Source: Balanoglossus misakiensis (taxonomy: Eukaryota; Animalia; Hemichordata). Taken from it: 64,000 bases of DNA. The stretch is taken from the NCBI GenBank assembly GCA_040954595.2, contig CM082576.2, positions 9,613,129 to 9,677,128 of the forward strand. Reading direction: 5' to 3'. Each line of letters starts with the position of its first letter. Within the stretch, counting starts at the first letter, position 1. The position numbers and the translations under genes were made by a program. Below, piece by piece: positions 12,275 through 25,550 of this stretch. The notes under the pieces are model-generated. The model did no database searches. It was not told the origin of the DNA and was given only the letters and a program-made list of their open reading frames with translations.

Positions 12275-15200
12275 CGTTCCCGCCGCGGCGATCTTGGGCA
12301 CACTGTGCCTCAACCGTTATAAGTTTCATGAAAGCAAACCTGTGTTATGGGGATTTAAACAGCTGCACAAGCATGCCGCATATCCAAGGTATTAATCGAG
12401 TGCTCAGCGCAAGAATCTTGTCTGGCATTGTTCGGCCGTTAAACTCCAGTGGTAAAGTATACAAAGCGGTGAAAGGCAGTCCCACTACAGAGATTAGCTT
12501 CACTATAATAACGAGTCTTTTCGCTTTTGTCTCGCCGTGCCCTAGGAGCCCACAAAGAATGCCATCACAAGTAAGGAGTGACACAATTGACTGTCACACA
12601 ACTGCCGTACTTCCATTTAGCAATAATTATAGCGCGGTTCACTCCCTCCACCTGGTCTCCATGGAAACGCCAATCATCCCTTAGTGATTCGCTGAATATC
12701 GAATTGGCGGGTTTTTATTAAGGATTAGGCCAGTTACCGTGGCGACCGCGAATGAAGACAACGCTAGAGCGGACAATGACAAATGGTAGGAAAGTGTGTA
12801 ATATAACAAGTCGCAGAATTGAAAAGGCAAGGAAGAAAACTTGTTGCAAGGCCAACAAATTGACTACACGTTCGTGAAAGGGGGATGTCGGCTGTGATTA
12901 TGGCCACAATTTTGAATTCTCGTGTCACAAAACGACAGTGTTTTATCTCCACTGTGTTCTGAGATGAATTTGTTGACAATTTAAAGTGCGTCCCCCCGAT
13001 AGGCCAATAGGCATCATCCTTTTTTTTGTCAAGGCCCTTTTACACTAATCCGTCCTTCGTGAACATCCGGCGGATCGCACCGCAGGCAGAATGACGGCTT
13101 TCGGTAAACTTGCACATTAAATTATCACAAAGTTGGCACATCGGCTCGGAGCCCATCTTCTGACAGAGGCTGACGCGCTCTTTTTTGTGTGTGGCTGTTC
13201 GCCGCTGCAGCAAGCATGGGATTTGCGGGGAATTTATTATTTTCAAATTTCACGCTTCTGTCGCCTTTCCGCGGGGATTCCTGCATCCGGGACACCATTC
13301 TGAGCCGGTTGCCAACTCTCTAGGCACGGCGCATGGCAGTTCCCCCCCCCCCGCTCTTCCTTTGTTCGTGTCCATTCCTGGCCATCTCGCCAATCTGTTG
13401 CCGCCCCCCCCCCCCACCAGCAGAGCAGCTCCACTGTACTAGTTCGAATTCACAGGTCTCCGCATTATCACTTATCTGTGACCGTCTCACCGATGCTAAT
13501 CAAACAGTGTTTTTAACGAGATGTGACATCTAACAGATTCGGTTATCAGACACAAACCCGCAGATCTTCGGGCAGTAAAGGTTATTGCGTGTGTGTACGT
13601 GTGCCGGGAGTGAGGGGGGGGGGGAGATATCATGAATATATCAAGTAGCGCCGGAGTTTGCTTTGGAAAACTGAAAGTCTCCAGGAACCTGCCTCAATAT
13701 GATATACATTTGTTTTGTCTGACATGTGTCGCTGAATTCGCTGACCCTGCGCGTGAGTCATCTGTATATGATGTATCGCAGATTTTTTTTGCGGTCTGGC
13801 AAGAATGCAGAGCCCAGCGCGGCCGAGAGGCTGGCGCTGTAATTTCTCATTTTTCTCGCGCCTCGAAAATCCCCAGAGTGGCGCGTACTGCGCTTTCACA
13901 AACAGAAACGCGTGGCTCTCGCGTGGCTCAGCGGGTCAGCCATCGTCGATTTGATATACAGTAACTAGAACTGCCTCTCTGATTTTTTTAGCGAATATTA
14001 AATTCAACTATACTGGCCGCCAGTGCCAGCTACCCGCGACTAGCACCAGCGCCCAGTCCCGTCTTGCCGTCAGTACATGCAACCTTTGAGATACTCCATC
14101 TATTGAAACTGTCTTCCTTCTTTGCCCAAACAAGTTTGTCGTCTGACACTCTCGGCTCGACACTTTAGTTTCCAAACATCTCGAAAATCCGTTATCTCGT
14201 TCTTTACCTGCACACTTAGCCTCCGGAAAGGCTTTATCTGACAAATAAAAGGGATTATTTGCTCGACAGGCCGCTTCAAAATATCTCTAAAGACCCCATA
14301 CATCTACAAAAAGACATAGACCTTGGACTAATTGAAAAAAGTCACAACGCTAGAAGACGGGATTAGAAGAAAAAAATCTGGTCAGGCCTTAATACTCAGA
14401 CCATACGTCCATTTTTTCCGGCAAAATGAAGTTTTTCTAATCCAATTCTTCTGCCTTATCTCCAAACTACATGTATAAATTAAGCAAATATACACTGTGA
14501 AAATGTGAAAATTAAAGAAAGCTTACTAGCAGTATGTGCGCAGCCCTGAAAATTGATCGAAATCGCCGTAGGAGAAACGTTTCATATACTAGTATACGAC
14601 GATCTGGTTTTTGATACCAACAGTTAATCGCCGTTTAATAATATATCTTGCATCATAAACAGTTGATGTTATCACTGACAACTGATTACCGTATATCTCA
14701 CTTCCCGCAGGAATATCCATACATTAGGTTTCAGTTGTTATAATAGCGTGGGCCGGGGAAATGAGGTATGCTGTATGCCGGAGTTACTTCGAGGCGCTTA
14801 GGTCTCATCAGATGGGTAGTTTACGCAGTATATAGTACGAGGAAATATAATATAATCAAACTAGGCACAGGGGTCGACCGGGGATCTCGGGAGTTTGCAG
14901 AGCGGTGGCATCAACAATGTGAGTGTCCTCAAGTGTGTGCTCCTTTACTTTTTGTCACATGCAGGTGGTTGGAACTAGTACCTAGGCTGTATTGACTGGC
15001 GGGGTCCAACGGTGTTCAGTGAAGCGTGCGAACCCGGGTCTTTTGATTTTGAACAGTTTGCGTGAATGAATCGGTGGACGGGCACCTGAAATGATTCAAG
15101 TGTAAAATCAAACTTTTTTTTTGAATTCTGGTTTTGAAAGATACAATATTTTCATAGTGAACGGTCACAATGAGAAACATCACATCATCCATTTTGCCAC

Positions 15201-17911
15201 TACCGTCCCGAGCGGAGACAGGCCCATCCAGATGTAATCATAGTTGTTTTTCACCATGTGCAGCTATTTCTTTGCATTCATATATTGTGCAGCCCAAAGT
15301 GGTGTCATTTCAAAGGATGAAAATCGGGCTTGTTAGCTTGTTGATTTTTTTTGAATGGGAATGGATGTCGGACCATGCAAATCAACCAGACACGCTTTAT
15401 CGCGCAGTTGTCCAGTGATATCACAGTTATGCAAATCTACGAAAATGTATAATTTTTTTAAAACGTCTCAGCTCCTATAAATGTGCATCACATTTTCTGA
15501 AATTTCAGTGCCTGGCGCCCGGGCATGTAGGTACATGTACACACCGAATGATTTCTTAATGATATAGAAAAATATATTTTGGGGGTTTCTTGGACAGGTT
15601 TGTCGGTTTTTGGGACAATGTCACCGCATCACACTTTAGTCGCTCTGACGTCACTCATACCAAGCCACGGGGTTACCAATGTTCACGCATCATGATTTTG
15701 CTGTGATTCGATTTCAAATTAATATTCACTTTATTGAGGCTGCATATCAGAAATGTTGAAAAGGGAAGAATTTTAAGTGAGCAAAACAAGGAATTCTTTC
15801 ACGCAGGGAAAACCGAATGCCTTACACGTCATTACAAGCGAGGCGATCACTCTGGAGCAGAACCCGAGAACGGTTCGGCACCAAAGGTCGCCCATCCAGG
15901 GATTCGAAGTATTTAAGATTCGCCTCGGACAGTGATTTCTGACCTGTAAACAATTTTCCCCCGCGAGGCGTTTCTATTATAATGTGACACAAACATTTAA
16001 TGAATAGTCCTGTAAATATAATACCGGAGTATGAATACAAGAACAAATATTTTCCTACATCCTCTCCATTTTTGTGCTGGACTTAATTAGAAAACAATTC
16101 GGTGACGAGGGAGACAGGGTATGTCTTCATTAATGTTCCGCGCAGGCTTCGCGTTTCGTGTGAAGCCTTTAAAGACAAGGGTCCTTCCTAGTCAGTGAAC
16201 TGCAGTCGGCTATACGCAGAATGTCGAGCTATGATATTTTTGTTTACCCCGAGAGCATAATAATTCGGGCTCACTGAAAAAGAAATTCGAAAGCTGACGA
16301 AGATCCTAGCGAAAGAGTGCGAGAAAAACGATTGGCGAAAGTGCAGCGAGATTTGCTTAGCTGAGTGGCGTTTCTGTTTTGCACGGATTGATTTGATTCG
16401 TTGTATTGCGAGTAAAGATGACGGATGAAGTTGACATAGTATCGGATGATTCGTTTTGTAAATAGCCAACACGGACATCAAAAGAAGAAGAAGGAAAAAA
16501 AACTGTGCATCCGGTGTGCTGACATTCTAATGCCCCAGTCTCCACAACAACGGCACAAGAACCATTTGCAATGCAAAGGGTTCCCGTTTTCAAAAGGCAG
16601 GGGTGGCGTCTACGAGACAGGCCAGGTTCGCCTGGCATTCTCCGTTTTCCCCCTTTCCGCTCTTTGCCTACAGACAAATTGACCCCTATGGTGCTGTGAT
16701 TGAAAGGGTAAAAAGAGAGATTTTGTTCTGTAACGTCAGTGAAAGTCACCTGACGACTCCCCGAGCAGACTGTAAAATATGTTATTTGACAGATGCATAT
16801 GTAAATACGACAGTAAAATATTATGCCGGTAAACAGCCATGAATACAGAAACACGCATAGCTCTTCCCCGAACAACTCGATGGGTGGTTACCCCGGCAAC
16901 ACTCTGTCATGTCAGCGGGACACAGAGCGTTGCTACGAGATGCCGCAACTGGAAATGAAGTATGGGTAAAGGATATTCAGTACCCGCTGAAATAACCCCA
17001 TAAACATCTCCACAACGCGGCTATTTCGTTTCATTTCACTTTCCACGGAAATTGCAGGATTAGTTTCGGTTGCCATGTGAACAAGAATGTTGAAATTAAT
17101 TTGGAATATCTGTTTGTGCAAGACGACCAGCGTCGGAGACGTCAAACGTTGCACGCACCGGTGTAAAGATACGGTTTGCTTCGGTGAAGAATGTCATGGT
17201 TTTGATGACATCCTCGCAAGACTGCAAGTTCCATGCCGTCGAAAATCGGTTTCCTAGCTGCGGCCCTCTCGGGCACTTCCCCCGGCGTATACTTGCCGTG
17301 CCCGTCGAGACAGCGAAGGTGCGCTTTTAAAACAACTGCGCGACGCGTCACAGCCAGTTATATTAGATAGATGGCTCGCTGGTATATAGCATGTAACATG
17401 CTGTAGCCATGATACGCAGGACGTGTACATCTCATTTTGAGTGTGATCATAATGTACCGGGTGTACACAATAAAGATAAAACCGACTGACGTTACAGAGA
17501 ACGAATAGAAAAGAGCCACAGAATATAAGTTGGCAGAGTTTCGCTGCTACTCGAAGCTTAATCTGATTAGCATATCGTCCATGGGATGTGATTGTCCAGT
17601 TCTAATCCCCAAAAATAATGCCCCAATGGTTAGTTTTCTTTCGAGTTCGTTAAAAAATCCACCTTCATCAACCCACCTGGCTTCAAGTGGATCGGCAGTT
17701 GTCGACAGTTTTCTTTATGCGACAATCACGAAATGAGAGATATCGAATCAGAGAATGCGTAAAACCTTGCAAATTCCATGGACTTGTTTTATGTGTTCGA
17801 CACGCAAGAGACAAATTCATTGTCCGCCTTCAGCACCTTCAGCCATATGATATTTCGCTTGTTTTATGCGTATAATATACATGGTGGGTTAGAGGTGAGA
17901 GAGGGGATGAG

Positions 17912-17935
17912 GAGAGAGAGAGAGAGAGAGAGAGA
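17912..17935. repeat. (GA)n microsatellite
   Basis: Directly visible. Confidence 0.9.
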
Positions 17936-20900
17936 CCAGCACCGTACGTGACGAAATCGGTGCTGAAGCCAACAGGATTCACACGGAGTCTCGGCCTCAA
18001 CCTCATCAGGGAGAAAACGACGGAAAGGTTATGAAAACTCTAAGAGTCATGGATTCCAGCACACCATGGTCTGGATCGCCGGCTGGGACAGAAGCGAAGT
18101 TTGTGAAATAAGCCACGCTTCGCTCCTAATCGATTATCATCATCATAAATCTGAGGTTGATTATTAGGTGTTAATGATAATCATTACCTGGAAATCGAAT
18201 CCGTATCCCGTTTTTGCTTTACGCGTATAGAAATCAACCGCCAACAATGTGCTAAACAATTAACCCTGACTGTATGTCTGGATACGGTCATTCTTTCCCC
18301 CTGCAGCTGTTTTGTGTCGACTGTTTCGGAGCGCGCTGGCAGCCTGGATGTCATCTGAGGTCACTCTCAGACATCTATTCTGCAATGGCGGAGTCGTTTG
18401 ACGGACGTCGCGTAATACAGTAGCACCTGCATGGCCGGCAAATTCTTTTTGCTCGATACATTGTTCTGCTTCGTGTAAAATCGCCCCCCCCCCCCGAAAA
18501 CGAAACCATCTTGTAGAAAAATAGAAGAAGACGCACTTTTTGATGTCAATTATTGAAATGTCAATTTAATAAGGTGGATGCCCAAACATTATGCTTAACG
18601 CCATCGCTTTGCCAAATATACACAGTCACTGTTGCCCCCCCCCTCCCCCTTGAACCAGGGAGTAAGTGACTCGGCGTATAGGTATGTGGAATAGTGGTGA
18701 CACATGGAGTCCATGTTCCTGTCAGGTTTTAACAAATCATACCACTTTATTATGGGATGACGTATTTATAGCCACCGACTGCTAGTCATAGACACTAGGA
18801 ACAGGTGTGGTTATAGCAGTGCACTATTCGACATTGAGTGTTATTTTATATTGTATACAAACACAAACTCATATATGAGTCAGAGAGAAAAATGGAAATT
18901 GGGTTTATTTATTTGACATTTTCAGCTTATGCACGGAATAATTTTCAACGGAAACGCGTTCATGTTAATAAGGGGATATGGATGAAATGGAGCAAAACTA
19001 AAACGAAATATGTTAAATAGACGTGGGTCTAATTTTTTCGATACCTTCCTAGATAGCAAAATCCTGTCAAAACTTAACAAGCGTTGATAAATATGAATAT
19101 TGGGTGAGGCTGTCAATGAGAATAGTGAGATAGTGCACAGGGCTTTTCCGAATTAAAGTGTGCTAATGATATGTATCTATACAACTTCACAACTTTTACT
19201 CCCTCCTTTTAATCTTTCACGTTCCGATTACGCGAAGGGACACTCTTCATGATCGCCATCGCTATCGTTCTTGTTGTTGTTGCTTTTTTTCTGTTATATA
19301 GTGAGGTATTTCGACTTCGTGATCAATTTTGCTCGTGCAAGCTGTACAGCACATTTTCCTTCAAACACGGACTTTTACCGACTCGAACACGTTCTGGCGT
19401 GACGATTGAAATAACAAGATCGAGATATTATTACAAATCGGTCACTGATGGGGATGGCATGAAAAGTGAGTTTGAAGACAAATCTATTCGTTCTCTCCGA
19501 TTCTACACAAAAGGTGTTTGAAAACTGTCAAGACGGGTTTCATGAATTTGAATTGATGCATACAACGACTAAATCCCGTTGTCACTGTCTATATTAAAAC
19601 ACAAGGCATGGTAACTGTAGCTTTTATAGTTCAGACGATGGTGGCATGGGCTTGGGGAGAACATAACGATTGTTTGTGTCGATCATCGCAAGATAATCAT
19701 GACTGGACTGCGATGTCTCAGACATCAACCAAACAATACCGCAGACATTTAACATTTTTCGAACATTTGACGACCACGTGGTGAATCTATTCAGATTCTA
19801 GTTTCATCGGATTGACAACGTCCGTGTATTTGGAGTTTCATCAAACCAAGGTTAAATGCAAATGCTATGCAAACGGTCAGTGAAATGTGGCCTTTATAGG
19901 ACGCAAGAATCTCAGAAGCCATTCGCTCGTTACCCCCACGACTCCATAACAACATGTTCTGTCATAGACTTGTCCGTCACCCGACGACATTGATCGTAGA
20001 ACAACTGTCCCCGCTGACGACACATCGCCTGCATATAACCTGCACGACGCATCCGGTAATTTAATTACAATCATCCGTCCCTCACTCGTCACAAACGATG
20101 TGAGCATTCCCCAACACCCAATTCAGGTTGTTATGCCACCAAACCCTGATTTTTCTCCGCGTTTTCTTTCGCCGACGTGATCACATAATATCTTTCACTT
20201 GTACGCAGAAGGCCTCCCCTTTCAACGACAAACAATAGCGGCTGACGCTAATTGGCGACGATTATTCATTCTCGACTGAGTTTCACCACTTCTGTCGCAA
20301 GGTGGCGCTTCTGGCGCGGCGCTGGCATGACTTCGCCATCCCCTCCACTCCGCTGTATCCGGACTGCAACCACATGAGTTGACTTTGACAATTTGCTGAG
20401 TTGCGGACAGAGACAGAAATTTTCGGAGAGTCTGGACTCGAGTCACCACGAAAAGAATTTTGTTCGCACCCTGAAGCGTAATTTGTCTGTTTGTTTTTTT
20501 ATTGTGAAAAGAGGGCAAGGGCTTACATTCTGGGAGGGGGTCGTAAAACTGTTGTTTCTTGCAAACTATAAATTGCGCATCATCTGACATGCTTCAACGA
20601 CAAAACAGAAAGTCTGGGAGACGGAAGAAACCCTTGAAACTCAGACAAAGCGTGGTGGCCGATCACGAACCACAGCCATGTAGGGTATGAATAAATAACA
20701 GACTTTATTTGGCGCATGAATGGTTTCTGGAACTATGATTGCGCGCAAAACGCGAAATCGTACTTGTTCTATTTTTCACTAAATGCTGTTATTACCCACC
20801 CCAAAAAAATATTTTAAAAGGGTGTCTGGCGAAGAAATGGATAAGAATCAACACGAAGGAGGTCATTGCGTAAACACGCTGTTCGCATAACGCGTTCTGT

Positions 20901-21145
20901 GAGCACACTTTTTAGAACGCGCGCGCGTAAAGCAACGGTTAGAACTAGCCAACCAAGCGGAATATTAGACAAATTTCCGACCGCACCTTTCCGACGAAAA
21001 TCTAGAGAATACGGAAAAAAATGTAGAGGTATCACTCAACTCGCAAAAGCAACATCAAACCTCGTATTTATGACTTCGGAAACGGAATCCTGCAGATCTG
21101 AAGTGCTAAAAAAGTTCTTTTTTACGTGCATGCAATCAAACCGCG

Positions 21146-24100
21146 ATGAAGCTCGGCGCAGTATCATCTGAAACAGCAGTGAGATCGACAGCTGATGTCT
21201 TTGAGCACCGCTTGCGCACAAAGAGAGGAACTGAAAACGGGAGACGCAAACAGCTGGGGCAACCGTTCCGAAACGAGGCAAGTTCTGACAACCCGGTGCA
21301 CAAATGCGGCCGTTGCAGGACAATTGCCAAGGACGACGACGATCCCAGGTACCGACACGACAGCCGGCAACTGGAGAACGTGGCATTCCTTCGGCCGGGT
21401 TCGCCGGCGTTGCCCGGGCGAAGTCACGCAGATAAGTCGACCGGCACTGATGATTTGTACAGTGATAATAACGCGAGAGTAACCGAGAACTCGGAGTCAC
21501 CACGGAGATGCCACTCTGCCAATGACACCCGGCGACACCACAAGGAGCCGCCATTGGCGACCTCAGGTGCGCGAGGTCAGCAACATCACGATCGCCAAAA
21601 TCGGGGGAAACAGGGCCAAGAGAGCGAATACGGAGGCCACCTGGTGCCGGAAGACATGATAACAAAGAAGATCACGAGAAAAAATGTGACCACCAGCGTC
21701 AGAAATATGAAAAATGAAACAGAGAAAGAAAGGAAAAGTCATTGTTACGGGTTGCCTGGATACACCCACTACCATGACTACGAGGTGCCGGAAAGAGACC
21801 AACCACGTGACACAGTTCGAGCTGTCAATCATGGCGTAGAATCAGAATATGAGGCTCCAGCGACGATAATTCCCCGTGGAAACGAAATCGGCCATATTTC
21901 GTTAACGCAAGAGAAAGAAAGTATAGTCGTCAAGACACTCAAGAGAGGTGAAGTTGGCGGCGCACACAAACCGGATCCATGTTCTCAATTTCACCAAAAA
22001 CAAACGCCCATAAAAGCGAAGAGGCGTGGGAGTGACGGCATTGGAAGTAATGACGTCAGAGAAGCCGCATCCTCTCAACGCGTAAGGCTTCAAACCCGGT
22101 CATCGATGACTTCTTTGGCTCAAAATATCTCTAGATTATTATTCCCGTATTTTCTCTTAGGCTCTAATTAGGATCTACGCCCACTAATCGGCAAACATTT
22201 TACAACAACATTTATGCCTACTGGCAATCGTGGGCAAAGTCAACATTTAATCCACCAGGCGATGAAATTCTATTTCCCATTCATGTTTGCCTGTAAGTGC
22301 ATCTTCAAGTCCAAAGACACAATCAGAGCTCGAAAATCTATAGTAGTGTTATACGAAATAGAATACTGCCCCATTCGCATTTGCTGTCAGTCACAAACAA
22401 CTGATTTAAACTTGAACTCGAATTGCTTTTTGTGTCGTTCTTTGAATCCAACAGGTTGCAGGAAAAAGAGCAAACCGTGACAGATGTAGACCAGCGAACA
22501 AAGTCAACGTTAGCATAAAGCCGGATATCGAACCAACGGCCGACAGATTTCGTTCAATTGACAGTGGCCTTCAATGTCTTTCAATGGATTGTCCCGGTGT
22601 CTGTGGCTCACCCAGGGTGAGCGATTTGCATCAAGCAGACGACAACTGGAAGACCACGGTAAGGTTTGGTAAAGTTGTTTTATGTATTTATTAGTTTGGG
22701 GAGGGGGGGGGGAATCAGCCTACATAGATAATATGCCTTCATTAACTGAATGGTCATACACATTTCAGGTGAACGCTCACGATATCGCGGGACGAACCTC
22801 GAGTGCAAGATTCAAGACCCAGGAGTCGAGTGTGATGCGAGGCGAGACAACAGCAGGTCAGTATAGCCCCGTTTCAAGTTCCACAATGCATTGCGCGCTA
22901 CCCATAGGTTTAGAGCAGGCGACATCCTCAACGCCTCAAAGTTCCGGCGTTATTTTGCCACATTCTCATCTCTTACGTAAAATCGGGAGAGATGTGACCA
23001 AAACGACCTAAGGCGTTGGTTAAAACAAGTTGATGTTGGCAATGCAAGAAGTATAGAGAGAAAACAAACAAAGGTCGGGAAATGATATGATGATCCCTTT
23101 TACAACAGGATCGGTTAATCGCGATGGATTGGTGCACTTTCGCCTCTTCAAACAGACGGCAGATGAAGTCAAGTCTAGTGAGTTTCTTTCTTGGTTTATT
23201 TCAAAGGAAAATTTTGACAAAAGGTGATCCAGTGTCGAGGAAGGGAATGGAAAACTGAAACAATCAGTGAATGTTAGTGTTTAACATGATTTGGGTTGTA
23301 GTGAGTGGACCAAGAAAACGGTTTTTGATACCCGAAACAAAAATGCACGCAAAGTTATCAAAAGTGACAGCTGGTATATGGCAGATCACAAACAATGATT
23401 GAGTATCACAAGTATTTTTTATTCGTCTCTAGTGATAGATCAAATTCAACAGTACGTCTCAAAAAGGCGAAGTTGGCGTGATATAGCGAGTTTTACAGGT
23501 AAGGATAGTGTACACTTTCTTTTTTATCAATAAAATTGCATGCACGTATGGTAAACTCATAAAATAATACACACACACCTTCATTCATTGATCAAGCGAT
23601 AATAAACGTCTCAAGCTAAAAGTGTACATTCAAGTAATAATTTGTTCTTCGTGTCGGATTTACACTGTTCTCAGATGGGAGAGACTCAGATAATAACCAG
23701 GGCGACGTCTCAACTCAACGGAGCGGCCACAGACGTTCTCGGTCTGAGGGAGCAGTCGGGCCGAATAGCAATAACCCATGCGTTCTATTGAACGCAAGGA
23801 GATCTCGTGGTAGGTATGGACTGGCTTTGAACTTGCCTATGGACTGGTCAGTTAACTAACGTTGGTAACATTTTGGCGTTGTAAGTATGCCCTCATTTCA
23901 AGGGATACTTCTTCGTCTCAACAATACTGGCGATATCGGTAGCATAGTTGACCATAAAGTCGCAGATATATTCGAATTTTTCACAAGTATATAAAATTTG
24001 ATGATTTTGGTCACTTACATTTTCTATTTCTTTTTTTCCCTATCTAGCGGTTCATGGAGCCGATGTAATTTCCAGTTTGAGCGCACTTCCTGACATAGTC

Positions 24101-24878
24101 GCCGAGATGAAAAACATCGGAGACAAACTAGAAAGGTTTCTTTGCTATCAGTCTACGTTGGCCGCGAGGAACTCGACGCCGAGTCCTACTCCTTGTCCCC
24201 CTCCGCCACCGCCCAGGAAACCCGTAACTTTGCTAACTTCAAGTTGGACGAAGGGTGAACGGAGAGCGAGGCGAGAAAATGCGCCCAGTCTCCACTCGAT
24301 GTTATTACTGGAACTGAAACACTTTTTCGATATAGGTATATACAGAGTGTAAATCAAAGATTTATTTTATTCGTATGATTTTTTAAAGACAACACTTGTC
24401 AATTTATGAGGGTAATTTTTTTTAATTTGTTGGCTATACGGAACTGCGTACATGAAAATGTGGTGGGTTGAAAAGGGCCAACGTACACTGTTGCTATATA
24501 TACGTGTGTTCCAGCTTATTATTATTTTGAAATAGATGTGCCTGCCAGATAGACATTTTTCGAAGTTAGCACAGGGTGCATGAGCTCATAGTTACGAGTT
24601 AGATGTAGCACTAGAAGCGAGATTACTTTCTGAGTATGTAGGCGTATAAGCTTTGGTGTCTACATATTCTACATGTTTGTACATATCTTCAACCATAGAC
24701 TGTCTACTATGCTTCAACAGGTAGGCCGCTGCGCAGTGTTGTCGAGGGAACTACGAGTCCTGCTGAAGTTGCCAAGAAGTCGTCCTCCTTGGAGGCAGTT
24801 CTCGAGAAACGTCGAGCGTCCATTCAAGGGATCAACACTACTGCAAGTGGAGAAGAAGACGACGGAGCCTGGAATTGA
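21146..24878 (+). CDS. Uncharacterised 7-exon gene (~624 aa): disordered N-terminus, C-terminal poly-Pro + WH2 + Central + Acidic(W) module; candidate Arp2/3 nucleation-promoting factor
   Basis: Exons 21146-22081, 22455-22658, 22769-22856, 23433-23498, 23675-23809, 24048-24335, 24721-24878. All introns are GT-AG, phases 0,0,1,1,1,1 are consistent, there is no internal stop, and the total is 1875 nt. Spliced C-terminus: CPPPPPPRK...APSLHSMLLLELKHFFDIGRPLRSV...SSLEAVLEKRRASIQGINTTASGEEDDGAWN*. AATAAA at ~25175. Confidence 0.75.
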
Positions 24879-25550
24879 TTCCTGGAAGTAGGCTAGGAAT
24901 CGGCGCGGATAATGCGCACACAGGCCTGAAGAATTCGTCAATTACATGAAAAGTGATATAGGACATTCATTATATATCGGCATGGGGTACACTGCAATTT
25001 GATCATTTAATGTCAGTCGGAAGATCGATGATCTTTGCTTTCAATTTTTCGTGAATCTTTATTTCAAAAAACGTTCTGCAGTATATTTTAGGCCTATAGA
25101 CTGACTTCAATAAGCTTCATGCTTACAATTTTGGAAGTGTATTTTCCTGTGAATGGTATTATAATATCATTGGTAAATAAATGTTACGGAGTTTTTCCTT
25201 GCATCGTATGCATATTTCTTCAATGTCAACCAGAAAGTTATAAGCAGACTGTACGAGGACGGGGCTACGATGGAACTCCATAGGCCTAGGCTTATCAGCA
25301 AACTTTGTGCCCGGTATATCGATAACTGTCTAATCTCTGTACCCGAGATCAAAGAACAAGTGGATTTCAACTGAGTTTATTGTAAGACAAACCCACTGTA
25401 TTTAATAGGGGAAACCCAATGCTCACCAGAATTTCCCGCTGTAATATAAAATCGCTTCACGTTTATAATGTAAACATTTTCACCGAAACACTGTAGTTTC
25501 ACTTATTACCCAGAATGCCGCACGACGCAATCGTTTCATTCATAACGAAA

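Noticed and set aside
19249-19521. 90-aa ORF with a hydrophobic, signal-like N-terminus
   Set aside because: The hydrophobicity comes from a T-rich/GTT-repeat stretch; there is no recognisable domain and I could not link it in phase to the downstream gene.
21146-22171. 341-aa ORF as a stand-alone single-exon gene
   Set aside because: A good donor (CGC|GTAAGG at 22081) and six phase-compatible downstream exons indicate the last ~29 codons are intron read-through.
24673-24891. 72-aa ORF as the terminal exon frame of the orphan gene
   Set aside because: Not phase-compatible with the exon 6 donor at 24335; the alternative frame from 24721 is compatible and gives the coherent WH2-C-A ending.
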